Positions 11,941-23,269 are shown, counted from the stretch's first letter. The stretch: DNA of 64,000 bases from an uncultured delta proteobacterium (GCA_963696385.1 CAVOKF010000002.1:64001-128000); one strand, 5' to 3'. Made by a program: numbers and translations. Notes: a model not told the origin generated them from the sequence alone.

Positions 11941-12033
11941 GAGCGAGTAGTAAACCCAAAGCACGTCGGTCGACGAAGAGCTGCGGGAAGCCACCGCGGT
12001 CACATATCGCATCTTATGACGCGTCCGTTGCCA
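11941..12033 (+). repeat. oriIS/dif-like repeat, copy 5 (split by intron; remainder at 13974..13995)
   Basis: CGGTCACATAT-cgcatc-TTATGACGCGT CCGTTGCCA | intron | TTGAAAGTGCCATCCAATTGAG. Confidence 0.85.
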
Positions 12034-13973
12034 GTCGGGTAGGCCGGGGATGTTGTCTCCCCGGCCCCCCTTCGGATCCGGACGTGCGCAATTCACGCAT
12101 CCGGCTCTTCGGTCACGGGTTCGCTGCGCGCGGGAGAAATGGGTGAGCGATGCGAGGCGGCGGGAGCGGGTAGCGCTCCAGCAGAAGCCGCATTCGCTTC
12201 CAAGGCATATGGCGTCGTTGCGACCGGCGGTTGAGCCACCGGCGCCACAACGCAATAGTCTTGCGGCAGAAGAGCGCGATGGCGCGGAAATTCCCGGTGA
12301 TTCCGTAATATCCGTAGTGACCACGCAGCTTTTGCCCAAGTGCCTTCTGCTGCTCGCGGATGGCGTCGTGCCGGTGCTCCCTGCACCATTGCGCGACCCG
12401 CGACACCGCTCTCCGGAAGCGGTCTTTGGCTGTTTTGCGCATGACAATCCACTTGCCAGAGCGAGCTTTGCCCCAGTAGTGCGTGAAGCCGAGTAGGTCG
12501 AAGCTGCCAGGACCTCGGTCGCCGCCATCGACTTTCGATGAGCGACGGTCAGGGCGCTGAAACTCCACCAACCGCGTCTTCTCGGGATGCAGCGCCAGGC
12601 CGTACGCACCCAATCGCTTCGGCAGCACGTCCAGCACCTTGCGGGCATCCACTTCATGCGAAAACAAAAGCACTGCATCGTCCGCGTAGCGGACGAGCAG
12701 CGCCTTGCCCGAAAGCCTTGGTTTAACTTCGCGCTCAAACCAGACGTCGAGCACCTCGTGCAGGAAAATGTTCGCCAGAATCGGCGAAATCACCCCGCCC
12801 TGCGGTGTGCCCGTTTCCGGATACGCAATGGCTCCGTCTTCGAGCACGCCCGCATTCAACCACTTTCCGATGAGCCGCAGCAGCACTCCGTCGTGCACCC
12901 TGCGGCGTAGGACTTCCCGTAATTTCCCGTGGTCCAGGACGTCGAAGAACTTGCGTACGTCGACCTCGAAAACCCACCCGCCACCCATCATTACCGCTTG
13001 ATTCTGCAGGGTCTCGAGCGCTTGATGCGCCGAGCGCCCCGGCCGGAAGCCGTACGAGCAGTCCAGAAAGTCCTGCTCGTAGACCGCCTCCAGCACCATC
13101 GCGACCGCGCGCTGCAATACCTTATCTTCGAAGCTGGGAATGCCGAGCGGTCTCGTTTCCGAGCCGCTCCCCTTCGGGATATGGACTCGCCGCACCGGCG
13201 GTGCTCGGTACGTACCAGACTTCGCGCGTTCGAGAAGCGACTGCAGGTTGCCCTCCAGGTTTTCCGCATACTCTTGCGCGCTCTGCCCGTCTACGCCACG
13301 AGCCCCGTCCTTGCGTGTGCGTCGGTACGCTTCGCGGAGCCAGTCGGTATCGATGTGATGGGCAAGCGTTCGGAACGCCATATCGGGCGCGTCCTTCGCC
13401 AGCTTTCGAGTTTCGTTGAGATGGGAATTGAGTTCGGCGCCTCGGCCATCGTTCCCTCCAGCGGTTCCGTGTTTTCCGGTGCCGCCCTTTGCTCGGCGGG
13501 GTCCCTTGGGACGGTTCCCCCGCGTCGTCGCTCCTACTGCGGCACTCCGACTTCCCGTCGCCCATCGCGCTTGGCTTCGTTGCCTTCGCCGCGCACTACC
13601 GCCGCAATTCAACAGCCGGAGGCGCCGGGATATCCCAGGTTCCTGGACCGTCCTTTGCGTACATGCCCTGCTGTTCACCCCGGCAGAGTCGACGGGCCAG
13701 GCCTTCGGGCTCGCCCGACTTTTCGGCACGTCGATGTTGCCTTCCGCGTTTCAAAACGCGTCGGCCTCCGCGAAGAGACGGATTTCGAGGCTCTTTGCAC
13801 GGCCTGCACGCCCGCTGTGTACGCTTCGCAGCCGCGATTGCTCGCGAACCACGCAACACTCGCTTCCGGCTGGCGGCCCCGCCTTGGCCGGTCGGGAATT
13901 TCACCCGCGGACGGTTACGTGAGGTTTCCGCTCTTACATGTCTTCCTCCTCACCCAGGCTTCGCCTGGCGCAC
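12034..13973 (-). mobile_element. Group II intron, full length (probably bacterial class E)
   Basis: 5' GTGCG at 13973; domain V GAGCCGGATGCGTGAATTGCGCACGTCCGGATC; domain VI ending CCCGAC at 12034. Confidence 0.9.
12113..13449 (-). CDS. ltrA: Group II intron reverse transcriptase/maturase, no En domain; probable frameshift near 13410
   Basis: [28 protein letters not shown]. Natural start [15 protein letters not shown] (13449) is out of frame with KLAKDAP. Confidence 0.9.
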
Positions 13974-14591
13974 TTGAAAGTGCCATCCAATTGAGTGAAC
14001 GACGGGACCCGCATGCTTCCCGGCCTTCTCCTGCGGCATTTTGCCTTGGGTGCCGCCTCTCGGGAGGCGCGCAGCAGGCGCAAGCGGCGGGCATCCGCCT
14101 CCCGACGGGAGGCATCTCCATGCCCGGCACCGGAGCCACGCACAGGCATCCCTTTGATGCCGAGCATGGCTTGATGCCGAGCATGGCGAGGAGCCACCCG
14201 TTTGCGGCGGCGAGCACCGTCGAGACAATGCCGGGCACGGAAAAGGCCGTCTCTCCGCCCGGGCGCTGGCCGAAGGGCCAAGCCGTCAGGGTTGGGCACG
14301 CTGAAGAGCGTGCCTCCCGGGCCCCGAAGCCGCCCGCCGACGGCGGGCCTCTCCCCGTTCCCCCCTGAGCAGCGCGCAGCGCGGCTTGCCTCCGGCCCCG
14401 GCGGAGGCCGGGGGAAGGGCGACCGTGCCCTGCGTAGCCGAAGGCGAAGCATGGGAGCCCGCACAGGCGGCGGGCCGCCGAGCACGCGATTGGGGGAACT
14501 CGGCCGCCCGCAGTCGCCCGAAGCTGCCGTGAGGCAGCGTAGGGGGGCGAGGACGGACGCAAGGGGGCACCAGCACGCCTCGGCTCTGCGG

Positions 14592-14620
14592 TTGATTGAT
14601 CGCACGAATAGTATTATGAT
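14592..14620 (+). promoter_or_regulatory. Sigma70-like promoter of the vapBC pair
   Basis: TTGATT-17 bp-TATGAT in an AT-rich patch about 30 bp upstream of the ATG. Confidence 0.55.
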
Positions 14621-14652
14621 TCCAGTAGTTAGGAACAACGCCGAGGACCCCC

Positions 14653-14886
14653 ATGCGCGCCCCTACCCTCAAGCTGCCCGACCCGACGCTCGACCGGAAG
14701 CTGACGGCAATCGCCAAGCGGCGGCACACGACGCGCGCCAAGGCGTTGCGCGAGGCGCTGGACGCGTTGGACAAACAGACGACGAACCCCACCGTCGCAT
14801 CGCTGGCAGACGATCTGATTGGGTCGCTGGAAGGACCGGGCGATCTGCTCTCGAATCCGAAGCACATGGCTGGCTACGGGCGGTGA
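14653..14886 (+). CDS. CopG/RHH antitoxin (VapB-like)
   Basis: TLKLPD.TLDRKL...ALREAL; overlaps the PIN gene start. Confidence 0.75.
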   Translation: MRAPTLKLPDPTLDRKLTAIAKRRHTTRAKALREALDALDKQTTNPTVASLADDLIGSLEGPGDLLSNPKHMAGYGR

Positions 14887-15296
14887 CGGCGATCGTCGAT
14901 ACGGGGCCGCTGGTCGCCCTGCTCGACGCGCGTGAGCCGCACCATGCCTGGGCGCGCGAGACGCTCGGCAGGCTGGAGACGCCGATTCAGACCTGCGAGG
15001 CGGTGCTCAGCGAGGCGTGCTTCCTGCTGCGCGGTGTGAAGGGCGGCCGCAACGCAGTACTGTCGCTCGTGAGCCGGGGCATCGTCACACTGGACTTCCA
15101 GCTCGCTCCCGAACTCGAAGCGGTCCGCAAGCTCATGACGAAATACACGAGCGTGCCGATGGCGCTCGCCGACGCGTGCCTCGTGCGCATGAGCGAGCTC
15201 ACGGCGCGCAGCGCCGTCGTGACCGTCGACGGAGACTTTCGCATCTACCGCCGCAACGGGCGGCAGGCCATCCCGGTCGTGATGCCGGAGGACTGA
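14883..15296 (+). CDS. vapC: PIN-domain toxin (VapC-like)
   Basis: AIVDTGPLVALLD, EAVLSEA, MALADACLV, TVDGDFRIY. Confidence 0.85.
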   Translation: MTAIVDTGPLVALLDAREPHHAWARETLGRLETPIQTCEAVLSEACFLLRGVKGGRNAVLSLVSRGIVTLDFQLAPELEAVRKLMTKYTSVPMALADACLVRMSELTARSAVVTVDGDFRIYRRNGRQAIPVVMPED

Positions 15297-15299
15297 GCG

Positions 15300-15497
15300 C
15301 TATCGGGGAGGCCCCTCATTCCGGGGAAGGACGTCCCCGGCCGTCGCGTCCGCACCAGCCTCGGAGGCCTCGTATTCCTCTTTCAGCAGCCGAAGCCCGG
15401 CCGCGCACACGTCTGCGACGCTGGCGTAATGGCCGGCAGTGACCTCCGCTTCGGCGAAGGCAAGAAGATCATCTGGCAAATGGACTGTAAAGGACAT
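15300..15497 (-). pseudogene. Orphan ParD-like antitoxin
   Basis: VHLPDDL.AFAEAEVTAGHYASVADVCAAGLRLL; no toxin follows. Confidence 0.55.
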
Positions 15498-15535
15498 GGA
15501 CTCGCTCGAACCGTTCCCTCACTCTCTTCCGCTTT

Positions 15536-15552
15536 GGCGAGTAGTAAGCCCA
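15536..15552 (+). repeat. oriIS/dif-like repeat, copy 6 (left stub, followed by intron)
   Basis: GGCGAGTAGTAAGCCCA, identical to the starts of copies 11, 12 and 15. Confidence 0.7.
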
Positions 15553-16245
15553 GTGCGACCAGGCAAGGCTGGTCTGAAAGGAATGAGATGCGATGAGCTC
15601 ATAAAATTCAGAGAGTCGTCCAGCGGGTGCGAACCCCGCCCGGCGAAGGGCCGAGCCCGTCCAGCCGGAAGCGAGGCTTGCGCCGGCCGCCGCAAGGCGT
15701 TCGGCGATGCGTAGTCACGCGAGTGAGTGGGCCGTGGGGAATGCAGCCACGAAAACTACATCAGTCCGGATGCCGAGCGCTTTGGGCGGCGCGAAGGCGA
15801 CGGCGGCTGCTGCGCAGCAGGGCGAGCAGGAGCCGCATCCGGCGGGGTCTACGACCACGGCACGCCACAAGAGGACGAACCAGACACCTGGGAGGCCCTC
15901 GCTTTTCCTCGGTGAAATCCCGGAGCAACGGAGAGCCGGTCACCCGTCTCCGACGCGCCGAGCGCACGCGGATGCGCGCACGGCCGGCCGAGCGCCTCCC
16001 CGTGAGGGGCTCCGCGCAGAACAAGCATTCGCGCCGAGGTAGGCCGCTGGCGAGGGGAGACCGGAGCCACGGCCGAAGGAAGCGGGGGAGTCGGAGGGCC
16101 GCATACGAGCGTGGACGTCGGGGAACGGATTGGCACCCGGACCCGGCCGAGCAAAGGCGGCCCGTGCTGAGTTGAACTTCAGGAGGGAACCATGCCCGAC
16201 GCATCGACGTTGGAAGACATGTCACCGAAACTATTGAAGGTGTCC
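15553..16245 (+). mobile_element. Group II intron 5' fragment (RNA domains plus RT start)
   Basis: GTGCGACCAGGCAAGGCTGG start resembles intron 1; RBS plus MPDASTLEDMSPKLLKV, then truncated. Confidence 0.75.
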
Positions 16246-16399
16246 CGTAAATAATGAACAGATTGGCGCGCCGATGGACCAGACCCTGCGGACCGTCTTG
16301 GCCGGAGGCCGTGTCACAGAACTTGAACCGGAACCGAGCTATTGCGCGCAAACGGAGAGAGCGCGGCAGCGAGACGGAAAACGAAGACGGCGGGGCCGA

Positions 16400-17110
16400 T
16401 GCAGGCCCCCTGGACGCAACGTTCGTGTCCATGGGACGCGACAATTCGGTCTGTGCGATCGCGTCGGGCGGCGGTGCCGTGTGTTGGGGCGACGCCATCA
16501 ACGGAGAGTTCGGGTTCAACCCCATTCCCGTTCCCGCTCCGGTCATGGGTCTCGCGAGCGGCATCACCGGCGTGTCCGTCGGACAAATCTCTGCCTGCGC
16601 GATCGGGTCGGGCGGCGCGGTGGTGTGCTGAGGGGACAATTCGGACGGGGAGCTCGGCAACGGCTCCACGACGACCAGTGCCGTTCCGGTCCAGGTCACA
16701 AGCCTGACGATCGGTGTCACGTTCGTGTCGGTGGGAGACCTGTCGGCCTGTGCTGTGGAGTCCAGCGGCGCAATCCAGTGCTGGGGCGATAACACCGGCA
16801 ACACGTCCACCCCGAGCAGTTCGGTGCCGGTGCCCGTCATGGGCCTCGCGAGCGGTGCGATCGCCGTGTCCGCGGGCACGGTCGCCTGCGCGATCGCGTC
16901 GGGCGGCGCCGTCCAGTGCTGGGGTGGCAATAGCTTGGGCCAGCTCGGCAACGGCACCACGACCGACAGCGCAGTGCCGGTGCAGGTGACCGGCCTCACG
17001 AGCGGCGCAACCAGCGTCTCCGTGGGGGTCGCCGTCGCCTGCGCCGTTGTGGCCGGGGGCGTCCAGTGCTGGGGCAGCAAAGAGTACGGACAACTCGGCA
17101 ACGGGTCCAC
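16400..17110 (+). pseudogene. RCC1-repeat protein with internal stop
   Basis: RCC1 repeats; TGA replaces the Trp of CWG at ~16629. Confidence 0.75.
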
Positions 17111-17524
17111 GAGGCGTGACTTCCGTGTCCGTGAGCGTGAGGGCCGCGGACCTCGAGAGGAGCCATCACAGCGGCGAGGCCGGTCGGGCGCAGGGCTGCC
17201 GTCCCCGGGCGTCACCCGTTCGGGGGAGCCGCGTCGCCTTGACGCCTCCGGCGGCGCCGGGCAGAGTCCCTTCCTGACGGGAGCGGCGGATGGGTCCGGC
17301 AGCCAAAGATCACGGGGAAGAGCGCTTTGCGATGGCAGACTTGTTTTCGGCGCCCTGACGGCCATGTGCCGGCAACCGGATCGGACGTGCGACGGGCGGC
17401 GCGCCGAGGCGTATCGGCGCGCATTCCATGGCCGCAGAGGGGATTGGACCTGACCGGGCGGCTGCATGCAGCCGTCGGGGCTTTCGCGAGCGTCGGCCCG
17501 ACCGTCCTCGGGCCGTGCCTCGGC

Positions 17525-20500
17525 GTGCTCCGCCGACTCGCGAGCGTCGCGATCCTTGCCGCCCTGGCGACGGGCTGCTCGAGCAAGGTCATTCAGGCCG
17601 GCGGCCTGGAGCTGATCCTCGAGACGAACATGAAGCAGGGGACGGACTTCAATTCGATCACCGTCGACATCCAGGAAGAGCAAGGCGAAGCCGGTACGTT
17701 TCGGACCGTCACCGACGTCCCCATCCCCGTTCAGATGGGCACGCTGCCCGGGACGATCTCCATCGCCGCCGGCAAGAGCGGCAACGAAGTGGCGCTCATC
17801 ACGATCACGGCGATGTTGGGCAACACGCCTGTGGTCGACCGCGTGATCGAGGTTCAGGTGCCCGAGGATCGGGTCGCCGAGCTGGTGGTCTTGCTTTCGT
17901 CGAATTGCGCCGGCCAGCTTCACACGAGCTGCCAGGATCCGCAGAGCGAGAGCTGTCAACCGGCTTCGGGGACCTGCGGTTCGGATTCGGTGAATGCTTC
18001 GACCTTGCCCACCTACTCGCCGAACGAGTTCGAAGGGGGGTCGGCGGACGCGACAATCGTCGAAGCCGGGCTCGAGGCCGCAACCGCGGAAACCGGGCCC
18101 GCGGCGCCGCCGGATGCGACGGTCGCCGAAACGGGGTCAGACGCCGCACCGGACGGCACGGCACCCGGCGATGCTTCCGCCGAGCCCGACGCCGTGCCGG
18201 ACGGGCCCCCGTGCACACCGGGTGGATCGTGTACTTTTTCGTCGTGTCAGTCGGGTTCGTACGTGTGCGAGGACGGCGGACGGGTCTGCAGTCCCATTGC
18301 GACGGGACGGATCGAGGCGGGCACGGCCTGCTCCGAGCCTGACGATGCGGATGTCGCGATCGACGCTGGAGCGGAGACGTTCGTGTGCAACGCGGCCGGG
18401 GCGTGCGTCGAGTGCAACGCCGGGGGCGATTGCTCCGAACCCGCACAGCCTTGCATTCGCAAGGCGTATGCCTGCTCCTCGGGGGTGGCCACGTGTCAGA
18501 CGGTCGGAGACGCGGTCGAAGGTTCCTCGTGCGGCGCAGGTTTGTACTGCTACAACGGCGTTTGCAGCGCCTGCACGGTCGGCGCCGCATGCGCACCGGC
18601 AACGCAGCCGTGTCACCTCGGCAGCGTCACGGCCTGCACGGCCGGCGTGGCGACGTGCACCGACCAGACCACGAACGCCGCGGCGGGCAAGTCGTGTGAA
18701 ACCGCGACAGTCCCGATCGGTGTCTGCGACGGCGCGGGCAACTGCGTTTCGTGTACGCCGAACGCGCTATGCACCCCCACGGGCAACACGTGCCAAAGCG
18801 GGACGATGTCCTGCTCGTCCGGCCCCGAGTGCGTCGCCGGAAGCGCCGTCAACCAGGGGAAGCCATGCGGGACCGGCAAGGTTTGCTCCAGCGGAACCTG
18901 CGTGGCGTGCGGCGCGGCGTCCTGCCCCGATGGGTGCTGCAATGCCGACGGGTGCGTCGCCGCCGAGACGACGACCGAATGCGGCCTGGGCGGCGTCGCG
19001 TGCAGCACGTGTCCCCCGCCCGCCGTGGGGGGCGTGGCGGCGTGCGACACGTCCACCGGCGCCTGCGCGGTCACGTGCAACGGGGGCTACCACGCTTGCT
19101 CGGGTGCGTGCGCGGCCAACACGAGTGTGAACACCTGCGGGAGTTCGTGCACGCCATGCGCCCTGCCCAACGCGACGTCCACGTGTACGGGCGGCGCCTG
19201 CGCCATCGCGACGTGCGACCCCGGATTCGGCAACTGCAACGGCCTCGCCTCGGACGGCTGCGAGACTCCCCTCGATACCACCACGAACTGCGCCGGATGC
19301 AACGTCGCCTGCACGCAGCCGAACGCCACGGCGACGTGCGCGACGGGCGTGTGCGCCATCGCCACGTGCGACGGGGGCTACCATATTTGCTCGGGTGCGT
19401 GCGCGGCCAACACGAGTGTGAACACCTGCGGGAGTTCATGCACGCCATGCGCCCTGCCCAACGCGACGTCCACGTGTACGGGCGGCGCCTGCGCCATCGC
19501 GACGTGCGACCCCGGATTCGGCAACTGCAACGGCCTCGCCTCGGACGGCTGCGAGACTCCTCTCGATACCACCACGAACTGCGCCGGATGCAACGTCGCC
19601 TGCACGCAGCCGAACGCCACGGCGACGTGCGCGACGGGCGTGTGCGCCATCGCCGCGTGCGATGAGGGCTACCATATTTGTTCGGGTGCGTGCGCGGCCA
19701 ACACGAGTGTGAACACCTGCGGGAGTGCGTGCACGCCGTGCGCCCTGTCGAACGCGACCTCCGCGTGCACGGACGGCGCGTGCGCCATCGCGACGTGCGA
19801 CACCGACTTCGGCAATTGCAACGGCCTCGCCTCGGACGGCTGCGAGGTGGACCTATTGACTTCGTCCACGAATTGCGGCGCGTGCCAACACGACTGCTTG
19901 GGCGGAGAGTGCTTGGACGGCGAGTGTCAGCCCATTGCGATCGTGCCGGCGACGGCTCAGCCGACCGCGGTCACCAGCGACGGCACGCAGGTCATGTGGA
20001 CCAACTCGGCCGGCGCGGTCCAGGGAGTCAAAGTCACCGGCGGCACGACGTGGACGTTGGGCAGCGCGACCAACGCAAGCCCGTACATCACCAACGACGG
20101 GACGTACACGTATTGGGCGAACAACCTGCCCTGCGCGGATCCCTTGGGGTCGGCGGCCGTCCTTTCGGCGCTCGACACCGGCGGCCCGGCGACGACGCAG
20201 TGGTCCATCGGGAACTGCGGCGTACCGGTCACGATGCAGAGCGTGCTGGCGACCGGCACGACTCTCTATTCCGTCCTGTTCAACCCCTTTGACGGCGAAT
20301 GCGGCGCGACGCTCTATCTCCAGCCGCTCCAGATGCCGAGCGCGACGTCACCCCCGGCCTTCACCAACGGGCCTTGCGTCCCCAAGGGCTTGGCCGCCGA
20401 CGTCACCTCCATCTATTGGACCGACCTAGGCACGGGAGCGGTCATGGCCGAGCCGCTCGCCGGTGGCACGCCCACATCGCTCGCGAGCGCCGTGAGCCCG

Positions 20501-20824
20501 CTGGGCATCGGTGTCGCGGGCGGTTACGTGTATTGGACCGATAACGTCAGCGATGTGCTCCAGCGGGTCGCGACATCGCTCGCGACGACGGCGCAGACTC
20601 TGGAAAGCACGACCGCACCGGGGCCGCTCTACGTGGACGGAACGAACGTCTACTGGATCGACAGCGCCGGAGTGGAGCGGGCTCCCGTCGCCGGCGGCAC
20701 GGTGGTGACCGTCGGTGTTGGGCAAACGCCGGTCGCGATCGCCGGTGACGCGACGGCCGTTTATTGGGCCAACCAGGGAACCGGCGCCGACAACGGCTCC
20801 ATTGAGAGACTCCGCAAGCCCTAG
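17525..20824 (+). CDS. Large Cys-rich lipoprotein with C-terminal beta-propeller-like domain
   Basis: Lipobox LATGC; NCNGLASDGCE repeats; YWT/YWAN repeats. Confidence 0.8.
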   Translation: MLRRLASVAILAALATGCSSKVIQAGGLELILETNMKQGTDFNSITVDIQEEQGEAGTFRTVTDVPIPVQMGTLPGTISIAAGKSGNEVALITITAMLGNTPVVDRVIEVQVPEDRVAELVVLLSSNCAGQLHTSCQDPQSESCQPASGTCGSDSVNASTLPTYSPNEFEGGSADATIVEAGLEAATAETGPAAPPDATVAETGSDAAPDGTAPGDASAEPDAVPDGPPCTPGGSCTFSSCQSGSYVCEDGGRVCSPIATGRIEAGTACSEPDDADVAIDAGAETFVCNAAGACVECNAGGDCSEPAQPCIRKAYACSSGVATCQTVGDAVEGSSCGAGLYCYNGVCSACTVGAACAPATQPCHLGSVTACTAGVATCTDQTTNAAAGKSCETATVPIGVCDGAGNCVSCTPNALCTPTGNTCQSGTMSCSSGPECVAGSAVNQGKPCGTGKVCSSGTCVACGAASCPDGCCNADGCVAAETTTECGLGGVACSTCPPPAVGGVAACDTSTGACAVTCNGGYHACSGACAANTSVNTCGSSCTPCALPNATSTCTGGACAIATCDPGFGNCNGLASDGCETPLDTTTNCAGCNVACTQPNATATCATGVCAIATCDGGYHICSGACAANTSVNTCGSSCTPCALPNATSTCTGGACAIATCDPGFGNCNGLASDGCETPLDTTTNCAGCNVACTQPNATATCATGVCAIAACDEGYHICSGACAANTSVNTCGSACTPCALSNATSACTDGACAIATCDTDFGNCNGLASDGCEVDLLTSSTNCGACQHDCLGGECLDGECQPIAIVPATAQPTAVTSDGTQVMWTNSAGAVQGVKVTGGTTWTLGSATNASPYITNDGTYTYWANNLPCADPLGSAAVLSALDTGGPATTQWSIGNCGVPVTMQSVLATGTTLYSVLFNPFDGECGATLYLQPLQMPSATSPPAFTNGPCVPKGLAADVTSIYWTDLGTGAVMAEPLAGGTPTSLASAVSPLGIGVAGGYVYWTDNVSDVLQRVATSLATTAQTLESTTAPGPLYVDGTNVYWIDSAGVERAPVAGGTVVTVGVGQTPVAIAGDATAVYWANQGTGADNGSIERLRKP
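19076..19845 (+). repeat. 291-bp intragenic tandem repeat (~2.6 copies)
   Basis: Units start at ~19076, 19367 and 19658 and are nearly identical. Confidence 0.9.
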
Positions 20825-20889
20825 CCGTTGCCGTGTTCGGCGGCACCGGCTACGGCGAGCCTGTCCTGGCTCCTTGGGGATGGCCTCGA

Positions 20890-21965
20890 CTATGTTCGCG
20901 CACGATGTTCGCCATCGTGACCGTGCTTGCCGCCGCTCTCGTGGACCTGTTTCGCTCGCGACGGTCGTTGCTCACCGAAAGCGCTTTGCTCCGACACCAA
21001 CACCCCGTGCTGGAGCGGTCGGTCGCCCGGCCGCACGTGACGCGGCTCGACCGGATCGTGCTGGTGGCACTCGCTGCCATCACGCCGACGTGGCGGAACC
21101 TGCTGCGGGTGCTCCAACCCGAGACGCTTCTCCGCTGGCACCCCGCCGGCTTCAAGGCTCTCCGGCGCTGGCGCAGCCGACCAGGGCCGACGTTGCGCAT
21201 CGCGGCCGAGACCGTGGCGCTGATCCGCACGATGGCGCGTGAAAACTCGCTTTGGGGTGCGGAGAGGATTCGCGGAGAGTTGCTCAAGCTCGGAATCAAA
21301 GCCAGCAAGCGCACGGTGCAGAAGTACATGCGCGCCGCGCGACCGCAGCGGCCTGAAAGGCAGCGCTGGTCCACGTTTCTGCGAAACCATGCCTGCGACA
21401 TCTGAGCTTGCGATTTCTTGCAAGCCTACGATTTGTTCTTCCGCCCCATCTTCACGCTCGTGTTCATCGAACTGGCCACGCGCAACGTCGTGTTCGCCGC
21501 AACGACGCGCACGCCGTCACAGGCATGGGTCGCGCAGCGGCTTCGCAACGCGACCCCCCTCGGCGTGGCACCGAAGTTCTTGATTCGCGACCGAGACGAC
21601 AAGTTCGGGACCGCCCTCGATGCGCTGGCCCTTGCCACCGGCATCCGGGTGATCCGCACGGCGGTGCGCGCGCCCAACATGAACGCCATCTGTAAACGCT
21701 TTCTCGGCTCGCTGCGTCGCGAGTGCCTCGACCACATCCTGGTGCTTGACGACCGGCACTTGCACCGCGTGGTCGCCGAGTACATCCGCTACTTCAACGC
21801 CGCACGCCCTCACCAAGGGCTCCGCCAGCAGACGCCGGTGCCCGCCGTGCGCCCCAGCGACGGGAAGGTCGTCCGATTGCCGGTGCTTGGCGGCCTGCAT
21901 CATGACTATCGCAGAGCTGCATGAAAGACGCGATTGCGCGCCGATTCGCGAAGTAGCCAGCACGG
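20890..21965 (+). mobile_element. rve/integrase-core IS, transposase with internal stop
   Basis: WGAERIRGELLKLG...; TGA at 21403; CLDH..PHQG..GGLHHDYRRAA. Confidence 0.8.
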
Positions 21966-22058
21966 TGCGAGCGAGCTGCCTCGGTTAGAGCTCGCCGAAC
22001 GCGAAGTTGGGCTTCGCGATGTCGCTGAGCGCGTGGTTGACCAAGTTGCATTAGTCGG

Positions 22059-22679
22059 TTGACGAAGTTGCTCTCAAGTGCCACCCTAAGGATCATGATT
22101 GGTGACGTGTCCGTTCACGGGCGGCGAATCGTCGTGAAGACGAAGGCACGCGGCGACTTCCTACTGCGAGTCGCCCACGCAACGGCCGACGTGCCCGAGG
22201 CCGAGCTGGGTGGCCCCAGGGTCCTCCGAGTGCTGCTCAATCGGCTCGCGGATAACCTGCTTCCGACGGACGACCCGCTGGTTCATGCGCGGCTCCGTGG
22301 CCTGCTTGCCATGCGGGAGCTCCTCAACGCAAACGGAGGGGCGCTTTCCGCAGACGACGTCCGGACGATGCTTGGCATCTCGCGGCAAGCCGTGGACAAA
22401 CGCCGCAGAGCCGGGAGGCTACTCGCTGTCGAGCTGCCTCGCCGGGGACTTTTCTATCCTGCGTGGCAGTTCACCCCTGCAGGCAGCACCCTTTCCGGCA
22501 TGACCGAGATTCTGGCGGCGCTGAGGAAGCACCAAGTCGACGGTTGGGCACAGCTGCGGTTCTTTTTGAGCCTCAACGACCGGCTCGGCGGACGGCGCCC
22601 GATCGACGTCATCGGCGAAGGAGATGTCGATGCCGTGTTGGAAGCCGTCGGCGCGTTCGATGAGCATGGCGCCGCGTGA
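22059..22679 (+). CDS. Xre/MbcA/ParS-like antitoxin
   Basis: HTH LGISRQAVDKRRR, YPAWQF, RLGGRRPID; coupled to the RES gene. Confidence 0.7.
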   Translation: MTKLLSSATLRIMIGDVSVHGRRIVVKTKARGDFLLRVAHATADVPEAELGGPRVLRVLLNRLADNLLPTDDPLVHARLRGLLAMRELLNANGGALSADDVRTMLGISRQAVDKRRRAGRLLAVELPRRGLFYPAWQFTPAGSTLSGMTEILAALRKHQVDGWAQLRFFLSLNDRLGGRRPIDVIGEGDVDAVLEAVGAFDEHGAA

Positions 22680-23269
22680 GCGTGCAGCACCCCAATCCGC
22701 CGGGGTCGACCGACGCGTTGCGGCTGCTCATCCGACGCATCTCCTACGGTTGGTACCGCATCCACCACACCGGCAACCCCCCCCTACAGTTTGGCACGAG
22801 ACCGAGCAACCGGTTTGATTCGCCGGCCGGTGAATTCGGCGTGCTCTACGTCGCCAAGGACGCGTACGGAGCCTTCATCGAAACGTTCGGCCATGAGACC
22901 GGACGAACACCGCTGGTCACACAGGCCGAGCTGCACGCCCGCGAAATCTCCATCGTCAGCAGTACGCGGGCACTACGGCTCGTCAATCTCCGGGGCGAAG
23001 GGCTATCCCGCATGGGCGCGGACGTAGCGCTCACCAGCGGGTCCGATTATGCCCTTTCACGACGTTGGGCGATGGCCCTTTATCGCCATCGGAGGCAACC
23101 CGACGGCATACTGTACCGGGCGCGTCACGACCCCGCTCGAACGTGCGCCGCTCTCTTCGATCGCGCGGCTCTCGCTCTTACGGCACGGCAAACCGGAACG
23201 CTGCTCGTCCCGGCCCATCTCGGCCTCCTAGCCGACATCCTCGACAGGTATGGCTATGGCCTCGGGTGA
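22676..23269 (+). CDS. RES-domain toxin (NAD+ phosphorylase family)
   Basis: NRFDSP.GEFGVLYVA...AFIETF...DGILYRARHD. Confidence 0.85.
   Translation: MSVQHPNPPGSTDALRLLIRRISYGWYRIHHTGNPPLQFGTRPSNRFDSPAGEFGVLYVAKDAYGAFIETFGHETGRTPLVTQAELHAREISIVSSTRALRLVNLRGEGLSRMGADVALTSGSDYALSRRWAMALYRHRRQPDGILYRARHDPARTCAALFDRAALALTARQTGTLLVPAHLGLLADILDRYGYGLG

Noticed and set aside
15761..17959. 732-aa minus-strand ORF and similar long shadow ORFs (e.g. 12929..14368)
   Set aside because: Antisense to recognisable genes or intron RNA; a GC-rich artefact.
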